A DNA stretch of 64,000 nt from Podospora anserina (lineage: Eukaryota). The notes under the pieces were generated by a model. It did not search any database and was not told the DNA's origin. It saw only the letters and a list, made by a program, of their open reading frames with translations. Position 1 is the first letter of the stretch. Every line of letters starts with the position of its first letter. Of this stretch, positions 48,177-59,260 are shown piece by piece. The position numbers and the translations under genes are program-made. The stretch spans positions 124,001 to 188,000 of the forward strand of contig CM030333.1 of NCBI GenBank assembly GCA_017654855.1, given 5' to 3'.

Positions 48177-49326
48177 CTACCCTGGTCTCTTACTCTCTTC
48201 CAGCATCAACTCCTTCACTATACCCACACCTTCCTCTCGATCCTGCTGAGAAGCAATATCCAGTCCCCATGCTGCGAGGAAGGGTGCTTCGCCACGGTAG
48301 TTTCGATGGAGCCACATGCGCTCCTGGAGACTGTATTTCGGGCGAGAGAGATGTACCGAGTATTTTCGGGCCGGAAGTTCCTCGGTGCTATCGCTGCCCA
48401 TCGGTCTGGTGATGGTAATCGCCGTTGCTGTGCTGCCGCTTGCACTATCTGGTGTCGGTGGCGGCGTTCTTAGCCCTGTCACCGGGGTGGCTGTATAGAC
48501 GGTATTTGGGAGTATGGTTCTGGGATCAAGCGCCTGGGTAGCAGTTTTGTCATTACTCCCTGTCGGCAGCGAGGGGCTGTCCAGCATGATCTTTCCCATC
48601 AGCTTTTCAACATCTGCAGACTCAGTGGACAGGTCCACGTTCTGCTTTTGAGAAGGGAGAACTGGAAGCGCCTTCCACATGGAGCCTTTCCGTGTCAGCA
48701 TCGGGGAGGGCTCGCCTTTCCGTTCTAGTGACGAAACTCGAAGCGGAAGGGGACGGAGGTCGACAGCATCCCTGTCAGGAGGACGTATCCCCGTCAAGGA
48801 TGCTTGTCTCGGTGGCGGATTTGCTGATGGCAGCCGCGAGCATGTCACATCTTGCGAATAAAAGTCGAGCCACTGAGTTCGCCTACTGTCCGCAGAGACT
48901 GCTCGGCTTCGCGGTATAGGGCTCGGCTCAGTGATGGGATTTTGCTCGTCGTTGACACGGCCACCGCCAAGATGCGTGATCTCTGGCCACGAACTGTTTG
49001 GGCCTCTAGAAACTATCTCTCTGATGTGATGTCGTGTCAGCAAAATAACTTTCCGCTGTGGACCGGTAGTACTAGTCGTCTGCATACCCGCTGCTGTTGG
49101 ATCTCTTCACCCAGTTCCGTATCCGGACGCTCGTCTTTTTGGTGATGGCAGCTTTCATGGAGGCGGACCGTCCTGGCTGAACCATGGGCACGTCACGGTC
49201 CTGAGTAGTCTTGTTTTTCGGCTTGACAGTAAACATCATGATTTCAGCTGCCGGTCCAACCATGACCGGCGTCCTCGGTTTAAAACAAGTTTCGTGGATC
49301 ATCTCCATGGGCTCAGGTTTTGCCAT
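48177..49326 (-). CDS. Hypothetical protein, 2 exons
   Basis: Intron 49087-49021 (GTATGC...GCTGAC...CAG) joins two ORFs in frame. Structured-looking C-terminus WLHRNYRGEAPFLAAWGLDI...DREEG. Start codon uncertain. Confidence 0.65.
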
Positions 49327-49719
49327 TGTGCACTGCAGCACCTACATGTATTAAGTCAGGTAGATAAGGTAAAATCCAAAAGATGTAATTGAAATTGCCA
49401 AAAGATGCACAACAGAGAGATGCGACGTGTAGAACTGATATTTCCGGGCGCAAAAATTTCTTCTCGTTCGGAGGTGCGAATTCAGGGTGTGCTCGGCAGC
49501 CAATCCCTTGCGTCGAACAAATAAAACACAAAACAGCATCACATGCTGCACCAATCAGACTTCGTAGCAGCTTGACTCAGAGACATCCACAGGTGATTTT
49601 GTCAACAAAACATTCCAGTTCACCTCCTTGCGTTTCAAAGATGGCTCGAGCTCAAACACCGATTTTATTTTTATTTACAGGTATCCAAAGCATCGAGATC
49701 TAGCGTAACCCCCACTCTC

Positions 49720-51144
49720 TCAAGAACAGTTTATTTCTGTAATCTGACTCTTAGGCAGGTTTGTGGTTTCGTCCAACACTTTGACAAATCGACTCTTGAC
49801 AGCATCGAACTTCCCATCCCCAGCTCGCGCCTTGCCCATGTGCTCCATTGCAGCAAACACAACGCTCTCCATCAGCCGAAGCGCCAACTCTCCAGCCTTG
49901 TCATGGTTGTAAAAGGCCGGTGTTTCGTTCACCTCCAACAGCCACACCTTTCCGTTGTCATCGACCAAAAAGTCAGCAGCGAAAAGCTCAAACGATTTGC
50001 CAACCGTGTTGAACTTATCAGCCATGGTGTGCGCAGCAGCCTTGAACAGTTCCGCTGTCACGTTGCATATCTGGTCCCAGACGCCCTCCTTCCACCCATC
50101 CCCCAACAGCTTCTCGGGCACTGCGTCCGACCAAAAGTCTCTCATGGACTCGTTGCTGACAAACTCATCCTCATCCTGGAGAGCCGTGTTGGTGAGGCTC
50201 GACCGCAAGCTTGGGTTCTCCCATGGGGGCTGGTAGTCCTCGCAGGCTAAAAGAGCGAGTAGTTCTCGGAACACGTGAACCTTCAAACGACCCATGGCCA
50301 AGACGTACGCCCTGACATGCCACTTCTTGCCCTCAACTGGTGGTATGCGGACAATGTATTGCTGCGCGACAAACTCCCGCATCTGTGCCGAAGGAATCCG
50401 TCCGTCCTTCTTGAAGACGTATTGCACTCGTTTGTGGTCGCCTTTGCCCCCACCCTGCGCCTTCTTCTCGTCAAGCCCAAACCCGCTGATGGTTGTGACC
50501 AACGCGTCCAAAGCATTCAGTCCGGGCAACGACAGCGAGACGCCATCCTTTTCCTTTTCCTTTTCCCTCTCTTCCTCTTCCTCTTCCTCTTCCTCGTCGT
50601 CAGTGTACTCGTACTCGGCTAATTCCAGGTGACTAGCCAATTCCTCCACAGTGCTGAAGATTCGGATTCCCGCGCCACAATCAATCAGCGCCGGCTTCAA
50701 AATCCACCAGTCTCTCTCAATTGGCTCGCGGCTCTCATTCTGTTCCAGCGAGTACAGCAAGGTCAGATCGTCGGCCGCTGTGAGCGACTCGTCTACGTAC
50801 TCGGCGTAGTCAAGCGAGAGCCTCACAGTGAGGGGAACATGGTCGGGCAGTTTGCTCTCGGGTCTCTTTGCCCGCCAAAAGTCGACCACCCTGGCGAGGT
50901 AGTCCTTGCGTGCCAAAGCGTCGCTGGATGGGTAGGCGTTGATCAGCCCGTTCTTGGAGTTGTTGAGAATTGCAAAGTTGCGTCCAATCTCCCAGCCGTC
51001 CAGGTACTGAAAGGACTCCTCCAGGGGCTCATTGGGAAAGTCCTCAAAGCTATCATAGAAGATGGCGTCGGGGACATGGTCGAGAATGAACTTGCGAAGA
51101 TGGGGGTTGAGCCAAGGGCAGGCCCCGTTGATGAAGACGTGCAT
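49720..51144 (-). CDS. Tubulin-tyrosine-ligase-family (ATP-grasp) protein related to the Pby1 TTL domain, without SurE
   Basis: Has WWILKP...GAGIRIF, FVAQQYI, KWHVRAYVL and FELFAADFLVD...WLLEVN. Start MHVFING at 51144. Confidence 0.85.
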   Translation of the reverse strand: MHVFINGACPWLNPHLRKFILDHVPDAIFYDSFEDFPNEPLEESFQYLDGWEIGRNFAILNNSKNGLINAYPSSDALARKDYLARVVDFWRAKRPESKLPDHVPLTVRLSLDYAEYVDESLTAADDLTLLYSLEQNESREPIERDWWILKPALIDCGAGIRIFSTVEELASHLELAEYEYTDDEEEEEEEEEREKEKEKDGVSLSLPGLNALDALVTTISGFGLDEKKAQGGGKGDHKRVQYVFKKDGRIPSAQMREFVAQQYIVRIPPVEGKKWHVRAYVLAMGRLKVHVFRELLALLACEDYQPPWENPSLRSSLTNTALQDEDEFVSNESMRDFWSDAVPEKLLGDGWKEGVWDQICNVTAELFKAAAHTMADKFNTVGKSFELFAADFLVDDNGKVWLLEVNETPAFYNHDKAGELALRLMESVVFAAMEHMGKARAGDGKFDAVKSRFVKVLDETTNLPKSQITEINCS

Positions 51145-52107
51145 TTTGCTGTTTGTTCTTCTTGTTTCTCTCTTGGCTCGAGACAAACCGGGCTAAGGGG
51201 CAAGAGACAGAGAGCCAAAGGCGTTCAGCGTGAAATCTTGCCCTTTTCTGCTTCTGGAGGCTGAATCACTTGGGGGGGAATGCTCAGGCGTGCAGCCAGT
51301 CTGAAGTCCATATGGTGGAGTGGTGTTGGCAAAGAGTGTTGCTGGGCGGCCATACAGGTGGTGATAAGGCGGGAGAGACACGGACACGGGACCGGCGATA
51401 CGGTGAAGAGAAAATAGCAGTCGCACTCGGCTTAGACTTTGATCATTATATAGCATTCTTGCTGTTCACTCTGTCCTAAAAAGTCCTTCTGTCAGTCCTT
51501 CGAGAAAAACTATGGTGGATCAGAGCCAAGAAAGTCGAGACAGCAACGCCAAGCCGGCTCGCCTTCTCGCGACGAGGGACATTACCTAACAAGCATCCGA
51601 CCACAGGGTGGGCCTGGGATTATCAACACTTAGATTGGACGGTGCTTGATTTCGTCCACGTAATGTCGGCAGCAGTATCCTGGTGCCATCACCATGTTGT
51701 TACATTTTTTGAAAAGCTTGCAGGCCACAGGAAAAAAAATCAAACAGAGCCACAATGTGTCAGCGAATGTCGACAGGCTGGCACGTATTGCTCAAAGATG
51801 CATAGGATCAGGGATCAGGGGTCACCAGCTCAGTACAACCCTAACCCTTTTGAAATGGGTGGAAAGGAGGCGAAAAAGGGGTAGAAGTGAATGTCAACAA
51901 ACAGTTACTCATGGCAACCGAAACAGCAGGTTGTCCATTTGGTCTGGCAGGTAAGTAAACTGACTAACATTTCTCCTTTTTTTGGCAAATGCCCTAGCTT
52001 TCAGACATTGAGAAAACAAGGCTAGTATGTCTGAGTGTATACAGGTAAGATTAAGAAGATAACCTACTCAAGGATAGGTGATATATAATATCGCAGTTAC
52101 TGCTGTG

Positions 52108-52437
52108 CGTCACAGTTAAGCCAACGGGCAGGTCAGACAGTACGAGCGGCGCGGAACGCGCTCAGCCAATCGTTAGAATAGATAAGGTCAACCAGTCAGG
52201 AGGTGATCAGGGTGATCGGGACATAATCATCATGATCACGGACAAAGCCAATCAGAGCGTGAGCAGAGTGATCAGGGCATAATCACAATAATCACTGGCA
52301 GGGCCAATCAGGACGTAATCAGGGCAGCTTGGTCATAATTAGTTTAGAATCCTAAGGTCTAGATATACAGAGGAACTAAATGGGTATTAGATAGTTCCGT
52401 AATATATAATTTAAATTATATTCGTTAGTATTTTCAC
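52108..52437 (+). mobile_element. Truncated LTR (same family as the LTRs below), cut by a DNA transposon
   Basis: Begins cgtcaca, has a U3 built of aatcagg/gtgatcagg repeats, then the shared block gtctagatatacagaggaact...atagttccgta. Confidence 0.7.
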
Positions 52438-52439
52438 TA

Positions 52440-52673
52440 ACGTATTTGATAAGCGAGCGGATCGGATAAGCAAAGAGATCGATTTCGCACGTAATACAGC
52501 TCTCTACCTGCAACATTAATTTCCTCCCACCATACTAAGATGTCTTCGATTCTAGTTAAGGTAAAAGTTGTTTTTGCACTTGAAGCCCTTAAAAATGACC
52601 TTAAGTTAAGCCTTAAAGCTATAGCGAGGCTCTATTCTATGCCTTATACTACCTTCTATTGCCGACGCGCTCG
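52440..52673 (+). mobile_element. 5' fragment of a Fot1/pogo-family DNA transposon
   Basis: TA followed by TIR ACGTATTTGATAAGCGAGCG. HTH-psq-like N-terminus ALEALKNDLKLSLKAIARLYSMPYTT. Truncated by an LTR at 52674. Confidence 0.8.
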
Positions 52674-53075
52674 TGTGACGAACCCCTATCCAGAACCTCT
52701 AAAAGGGACACCGGTTAAAGGTACTTCTAAACAATCCTGGTTCGGTACAGCTAAATAGTGTACAATAAATGGCTTATCTTAATCACAATAGCTAAGATAC
52801 TACGATTGTAACTTATATTATATACTGCGGAATTGTCTATCTATACTAGCTAGTTTCTCCGTATATATAGACCTAGTGTTAAGCCTGGTACTGTCCTGGA
52901 TCGATAGACTTGACTATCGATCCTATCGATACTGTCCCTTTTGGGGTTAACTCTCCTAGATCGATCTTCGATCCTATTAATCTTATTTTAATTAGTCCGT
53001 AGTACGCTCCGCGCTCCACTAAGTGTTATTGGTCCGTGGTACGCTCTGCGCCCTACTAAGTATTAAGCCGTAATA
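52674..53075 (-). mobile_element. LTR, probably the 3' LTR of the minus-strand Gypsy relic
   Basis: Shared end tgtgacgaacccc. No matching TSD. A purine tract (aaagggaaaag on the minus strand, PPT-like) lies just inside at ~53082-53092. Confidence 0.75.
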
Positions 53076-53621
53076 CGACGCTTTTCCCTTTAGGCTAAAG
53101 TCCTGTTAGCTTAGCTTACTTTCCTATATTTACTAATAATTATAAGTTTTTTCCTTCTCTCTATTCTTTATACTTTATTATATTTAACCGCGTAAATAAA
53201 ACGTAACCCGGTATTAAACCCTCGCATTTAAAAATAGTAGATCGTAACGAACTATTTACTATTATTTTACAGTTTACTTTTATTATAAAGTATATTTATT
53301 CCTTTTACAAGAAACGTAGTTTCTTTTATAAGATTTTCCCTTCCGTTTTTAAGCGTTACGCTTCCTATATATAGTATAACTAATCCCTCTATAACGCTTA
53401 TAGGTTATTCTTTTAATAGTTCCGTAAAGTTATTTCCTAATATAACTAGTTAGAGATAAAGATAGTAAAAGCTAAGTCCTAATACGCGGCCTTAAATTAA
53501 AAAATTAATTACTTACGCTTATAAAAACAAATATAGTTTAAGTAAATAGTTACGGCCGTTTCCCGTAGCCTCGATAGTATCGAAAAGTTAAAGTATATTA
53601 AATAAAAGGAAATTACGTTAA

Positions 53622-54059
53622 TGTTACAACCTTGGGGTATGGACGAGAATAACGATTGGTTGTGGAACTACGGGAGTAGGGGCTAATCGGGAAAATACTT
53701 AGGAGAGCTAATTACAGGGAGGGACGGTGATTAGTGCGATCAGAGCACTAATCAAACTAAGTAGGCTAGGCTAGGGTAATTAGTGTAATTAGGACACTAA
53801 TTAAGCTAAACGTAAGTGATTAATATACTCGGGATATTAATTAGAGGAATCACGGCTAAGAAAAGAAGTCTATATATACGGAGGAACTAGCTAGTGTAAA
53901 TAAATAGTTCCGTAGTATGTAATTTATAGTTATATTTACGGCATTTTGTATTTATATCGAGATATTTTATTGTGCACTATTTAGCTACACCGAACTAATT
54001 GTTAGAAGTTACCTTTAATTAATATCCCTTTTAGAGGTTCTATATAGGGGTTCGTTATA
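53622..54059 (+). mobile_element. Solo LTR with 5-bp TSD GTTAA
   Basis: tgttaca...tcgttata flanked by gttaa at 53617-53621 and 54060-54064. Confidence 0.9.
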
Positions 54060-54234
54060 GTTAACCGTATAAACTACTTCGTTATTTAACGACGCTCTTA
54101 CTTTTTTAGATTTTTAGAATTATCCCGCGATAGAATTTTCCACTATCGTTCTTTCCGACTTCTCTTTCCTAAATCTTTCCTTAAGCTTTAACTAGCTTCC
54201 CGACTTTCTTTTAAACCTTAGTACGGCCGGTCCA

Positions 54235-54704
54235 TATAACGAACCCCTATGCAGAACTTTTAAAAGGGATACTAGTTGAAAGTAACTTCTGTTAATTAGT
54301 TTAGTGCAGCTAAATAGTGCATAACAAAATATCTCAATTATAATAGCTAAGATACTACGATTGTGACTTATATTATATACTGCGGAATTATTTATCTATA
54401 TTAGCTAGTTCCTCCGTATATATAAATTTCTTTTCTTAGCCGTGATTTCTTTAATTAGTGTCCCGAGTATACTAATTATTTACGCTTAGCCTAATTAGTG
54501 TCCTGATTATACTAATCACTTACGCTTAGCTTAATTAGTATCCTAATTACATTAATTACTTACGCTCAGCTTAATTAGTGTCCTAATCACACTAATCACC
54601 GTCCCTCCCTATAATTAGCTCTCCGGGGTGTTTTCCCGATTAGCCCCTACTCCCGTAGTTCCACAACCAATCGTTATTCTCGTCCATACCCCAGGGTTAT
54701 GACA
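54235..54704 (-). mobile_element. Solo LTR with 5-bp TSD GTCCA (same subfamily as 53622-54059, inverted)
   Basis: Flanked by gtcca at 54230-54234 and 54705-54709. Contains three 40-bp tandem units. Confidence 0.9.
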
Positions 54705-57700
54705 GTCCATCCTTTTTAATTTCTTAAAGTACTATCGATAGCGTACCTTTTATTTCTTAAAGTAATTAAAACGCGTGGTATTACTTATACCTAGGTTCCT
54801 TTATACTTTCTAACTTCGTAGTATAGTATATAGTACGTCGGTTATTACGTCGAAGGTATAGATTCGATTCCTGTCGAGGTTCTATATCTAAGTTTATAAA
54901 TATAGTCCGTAAATTTAAATACTATTTTTTTAATTACTCCGTCGGTAATATATCTTCGACTTTTTTCTATTACGGTAGAGGCGTGCAGTGTTAGTTAGTT
55001 TTAAATTCCCTCGTACTTATTAACCTTATAGTATAGTACGTAGTACGTCGACTATTATGTTAAAGGTATAAGTTCGATTTTTATTAAGGTTTTTCGGTAT
55101 TTAGACTTATAAGTACTACCCGTAAATCTAAATACTATTTTTTTATCTATTTGGGTTTTGGTCGGTCTAAGTATTACCGGTATAATTATTTTACTTATCC
55201 GGGTAATTAAGGTTTACCTTTAGTTCTTATAAATTATTTATAGCCGGACATCCTAATTATTTAACTATATATTTTAATTAACCTTTATTAAACTATAAAT
55301 TTAATATTTTTTTATATTATACTTTTCTTTTTTATTTTCCGTTACTATCTATATATTAGCTTTACTTACCGGTAGTGCAGGTTTTAAAAGTAAAATATAA
55401 AAAGTATATAACTTTAGACGTATTGTATTAAGTAGTTTTAATTCGAATACCGTTTTTAAAATCTTCCTTTTAACCTTAAATAAGCTTACTCTCCTATAGT
55501 TTAGCTTTTTACTAGGTTTTTTAGTACGTAAATTACGTATAAAAAGGAATATTATATTCCCTTCTTTAAAGTAAAGTCCTTAAAGCCTTTTAATATTATA
55601 GTATTTTATTATCCTTTCCCTTATAAACTTTAGTTTTTACTTAAGTTTATTATAAAATACATATAGTTTATTTATTTTAACCCTAACCTTAGGTACTTTA
55701 ACGTTAGGTCCTTACCGTAAGTCTACTTTATATTTAAAATTACGAAGAACGGTATAATTTTAATTATTTTATTTAAAATTAATATAATTCCGGAAGTATT
55801 ATTTTATAATTTAATTAAACTATTTTCTTTAACCGTTTATTTAAGGGTAATAAACTAAAAACGCTTTACTTACTACCCCAAGCTTCGTTATTAACGCTCT
55901 TTAAAACTTCGATACAAATTTAGTATCGCGGTCCGTAATAAATTCCTTTAATTATATATATATTATTATAATATACTATAGTACTACATCCGTTAATTAC
56001 TTTACTAATTAAGCTTTTTTATAAAGTAAGAAATATATTTATTTAGTAAGCTTATCAATTACCGTTAATATATTATTATATTTAACGCCGGTTACTATAT
56101 TTCTTAACTTTAGTAATTTAATTATAAAGTTTATTATAATTAAACTCTATAGTCATTTTACTATTAAGAATAGCTTTAGAAATCCGTAAAGTTTATACTT
56201 CGTAACCCTCGTTTTCTCGTATATATAGTATAATTAAATAACTTCTTTAACGTTATCCTTAATCCTCGGCTAATTAAAGTATTATTTAAACCTTTTTGTA
56301 GTTTTTATAGTACTTATATATCCTCCGAGCTTCGATTTATAAATTTTTATTATTAATACTGTCCTATCGCTTAGCTTTACGTACGTTCGATTTTTATATT
56401 ATAATCTTCCCTAACTATTTTTTAAAATACTTTATAACTTTAATTTTTCTTACTAGTATTATTCCGTAATATTATCGCCTAACCTTCTTTAGTATTTATT
56501 AAAAGTAATTTACTTATAATATACTACGTAATACTTTATTTACGGTTAAAGTAAATACTTAAGGGTATCTTTTAACGTTTCTTTAAGTAATAGTAATAAC
56601 TTTTTTAATATATCTTTATAGTAATTGGTTCGCTAGCTAAGTGCATTTACTTTAGTATTCTCCGATCCCTTTTTATAATTAATTTAAAAATTAAATTCCA
56701 AAAGAAACTTTAATTATTACGTTTACTGTACGTTAAAAACCTTTATAATAATAAAGTATTGTAGATTTTTATAATCCATATAGACCTATATTTCGTAATT
56801 AATATTATTAAAATATAGTTTTTATTTTTCGAACGCTTCGATAATAATAAGTAACTCTTTATTATAGATTAAATAATTTTAATATATTTCTTTTAATTTC
56901 TTCGAAAAGAAGGCTATTAAGTATAGCTTTCCGTCGTTATTTTACTATCCTAATTACCTACCGATCGTGTAATTTAATATATCCGCCTTAACTTTAAATA
57001 GTCGATTAAAGTTTAATAATTTAAATACCGGGTCCTTTAAAATAACCTTTTTTAGTTCCTAAAAAGCCTACTCTTTTTTCTGCCCCTACTAGAACTCTAC
57101 GTCTTTTTTAATTAAATAATTAAGTAATCGCGCGATTTTTACGTATTTACGAATAAATATTCGATAGAAATTCGTAAACCCTAAAAATTCTTTAACGTAT
57201 ATTTATAATTATAGTATAGATTAGTCTTTAACTATTATAATTTTCTTAGGTTTTATACGAACTTTATTTAGCGATATTAAATATTTTAAATATATTATTT
57301 TTTATATGTAAAACTTGTTTTTTTTCTTTATTAATTAAGAGTCCGGTTTTATATAGTATATTGAATATCTTTTATACGTATTGTTTATATTTTTTTAAAG
57401 TATATAAGTAAATAAAAATATTATTAAAATAATATATTATTATTTTACTAAAGTATTTCCGGATTATATAATTAACGAGAGATTAGAATATTATAGGTAT
57501 ATTAGTTAGTTTAAATAATATTACGAGATATTTAAAATAATTATAGGGTATACGAAACGTTATTTTTTATTTTATTTTCTTTAATCCGTATATAAACGTA
57601 CCCGATAAATATATTTATGCGTATAAAGTATTATACCTTAATTAATTAATTCCGTAATTTAAATATTAATAGTAGCGGATAATTATTTTTTATTAGTTTA

Positions 57701-58646
57701 TTATTTAACTAATAGTAATCTATATATAATTGTAAATTACTATTTTTTTAATATAAAGAATATGAAATATCCTATTAGTAATATAGACTCCTTAATATAT
57801 ATTTTCTTTTAGGTTTTCGTTTAATTATTTTTATAATTCTTTACTTTATTCATTATTAATATAATAAACCTTAAATAACTATAGTTTAGTTCTTTCTTTT
57901 AATTTATTTTTATAATCTTACGGTTTTCGCTTTAGAAGTTCCTTTAAATATTTAACTATAAAAGCTAAGTATCCTCGATATTCTATCGGTATTACTTTTT
58001 TCTCGCTTTTCTTTATATTATTATAATAAATATATTTATTAACCTCCAATATTTCTATTAACGTTATTAACCTTACTTCTTCGATCTTATTACTTATATT
58101 AATAAAGTATACTATTACTTTTAGGCTCCTTACGATAGTACCGTGGAGGGTATTTATTTCGTACTTTACTCTATACGTACGCTTAATCTTTTATCGTTAA
58201 TTAAATATTTTTAAGGCTCTTTTAGTTATAAGTAATTACTATCCTTTTAATCGATATTTAAGTTATAATCTTTATATTATAAGTATTTTAGGATTATATT
58301 TTTCGAGGGTCTTATATTTATAATATTAAATATAGTTAAAGTTATTTTTCCTTCGACTATAATATTTAGAGGTAATATTTTTATAGACCTTTTATATTGG
58401 AAATAGTCTTTATATAACGAACCATTTTTTATAGTATTTTAAACTAATATACGAACTATAGTAAAATTAAGTTTATTTTTATACCTTTATTTATTAATAT
58501 TATTATTTAAATATTTTTTTAGTACGCTATAATCTAAAAATATTTTTTTTTTTACTTCTTTCTTATATAGTAACGACCTCGCTAACGATTATCGGATTAT
58601 TATCCTATACCTTTACCTTATACTAGTGCTTCCGAAAATACCGTTT

Positions 58647-59067
58647 TGTGACGAACCCCTGTACAGAACCTTTGAAAGGGATACGGGTTGAAGGTAATTT
58701 CTGACAATTGGTTCGGTGCAGCTAAACAGTGCACAACAAGATGTCTCAATGTAAACACAAGATACCGTAAATACAACTGTGAATTGCATACTGCGGAACT
58801 ATCTATCTACATCAGCCAGTTCCTCCGTATATATATAGACCTCAATCCTCCAGGTACCTCCGTACCTGGCTCACCTCGATCACCAAGCGCTCCTGGTGAT
58901 CCATCCTGGCTCACCTCGCTCACCCAGCGCTCCTGGCGAGCCGGCTCACCTCTGCCAAGAGGTGAGCGCCCCATTGTCCTGCAGCCCCGCTGTTATCTGT
59001 CACTTGATTGGTCACTACGGCCTGCTGCAGTCCCCGCTCTGCCTTGCTATATGGTTGGTCTGTGACA
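58647..59067 (-). mobile_element. Solo LTR with 5-bp TSD CGTTT, essentially not RIP-mutated
   Basis: TG...CA ends flanked by cgttt at 58642-58646 and 59068-59072. GC-rich and retains CpA/TpG. Confidence 0.92.
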
Positions 59068-59260
59068 CGTTTGTAATCCGTTAGAGGTTATTAGCCTCCG
59101 CGAAGGACTGTAAATCGTTTTTTAAACGGTTATATCGTTTAGAAGTATTTTCCTACTTCGGGTTATTTAATAATACGAAATCTTTTAACTATACCCGCTT
59201 AACTTCTTTTTATTTTCCGTCTTTTATATATTTAATATTCTTTTATATATATATTTATTA

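Larger units (their letters stand above)
53076..59258 (-). mobile_element. Heavily RIP-mutated Ty3/Gypsy retrotransposon internal region (pol relic) carrying three nested solo LTRs
   Basis: Very AT/TpA-rich. Minus-strand remnants: RT FRIP...KYLVILFKLTN (~57560-57500), KEFLGFTNFYRIFIRKY (~57193-57143) and integrase EFITDRDTKFVSKF (~55945-55904), in RT-before-integrase order. Confidence 0.85.

Noticed and set aside
49072-49074. TAG between two ORFs as an A-to-I-edited premature stop
   Set aside because: It lies inside a canonical intron (49087-49021) whose removal joins the frames.
51850-52050. Intron-like signals (GTAAGT...ACTAAC...TAG) left of the transposon nest
   Set aside because: Flanking frames are short and contain stops; no product can be supported.
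54473-54598. 40-bp tandem repeats resembling a CRISPR-like array
   Set aside because: No spacers, eukaryotic context, and they are internal to an LTR U3.
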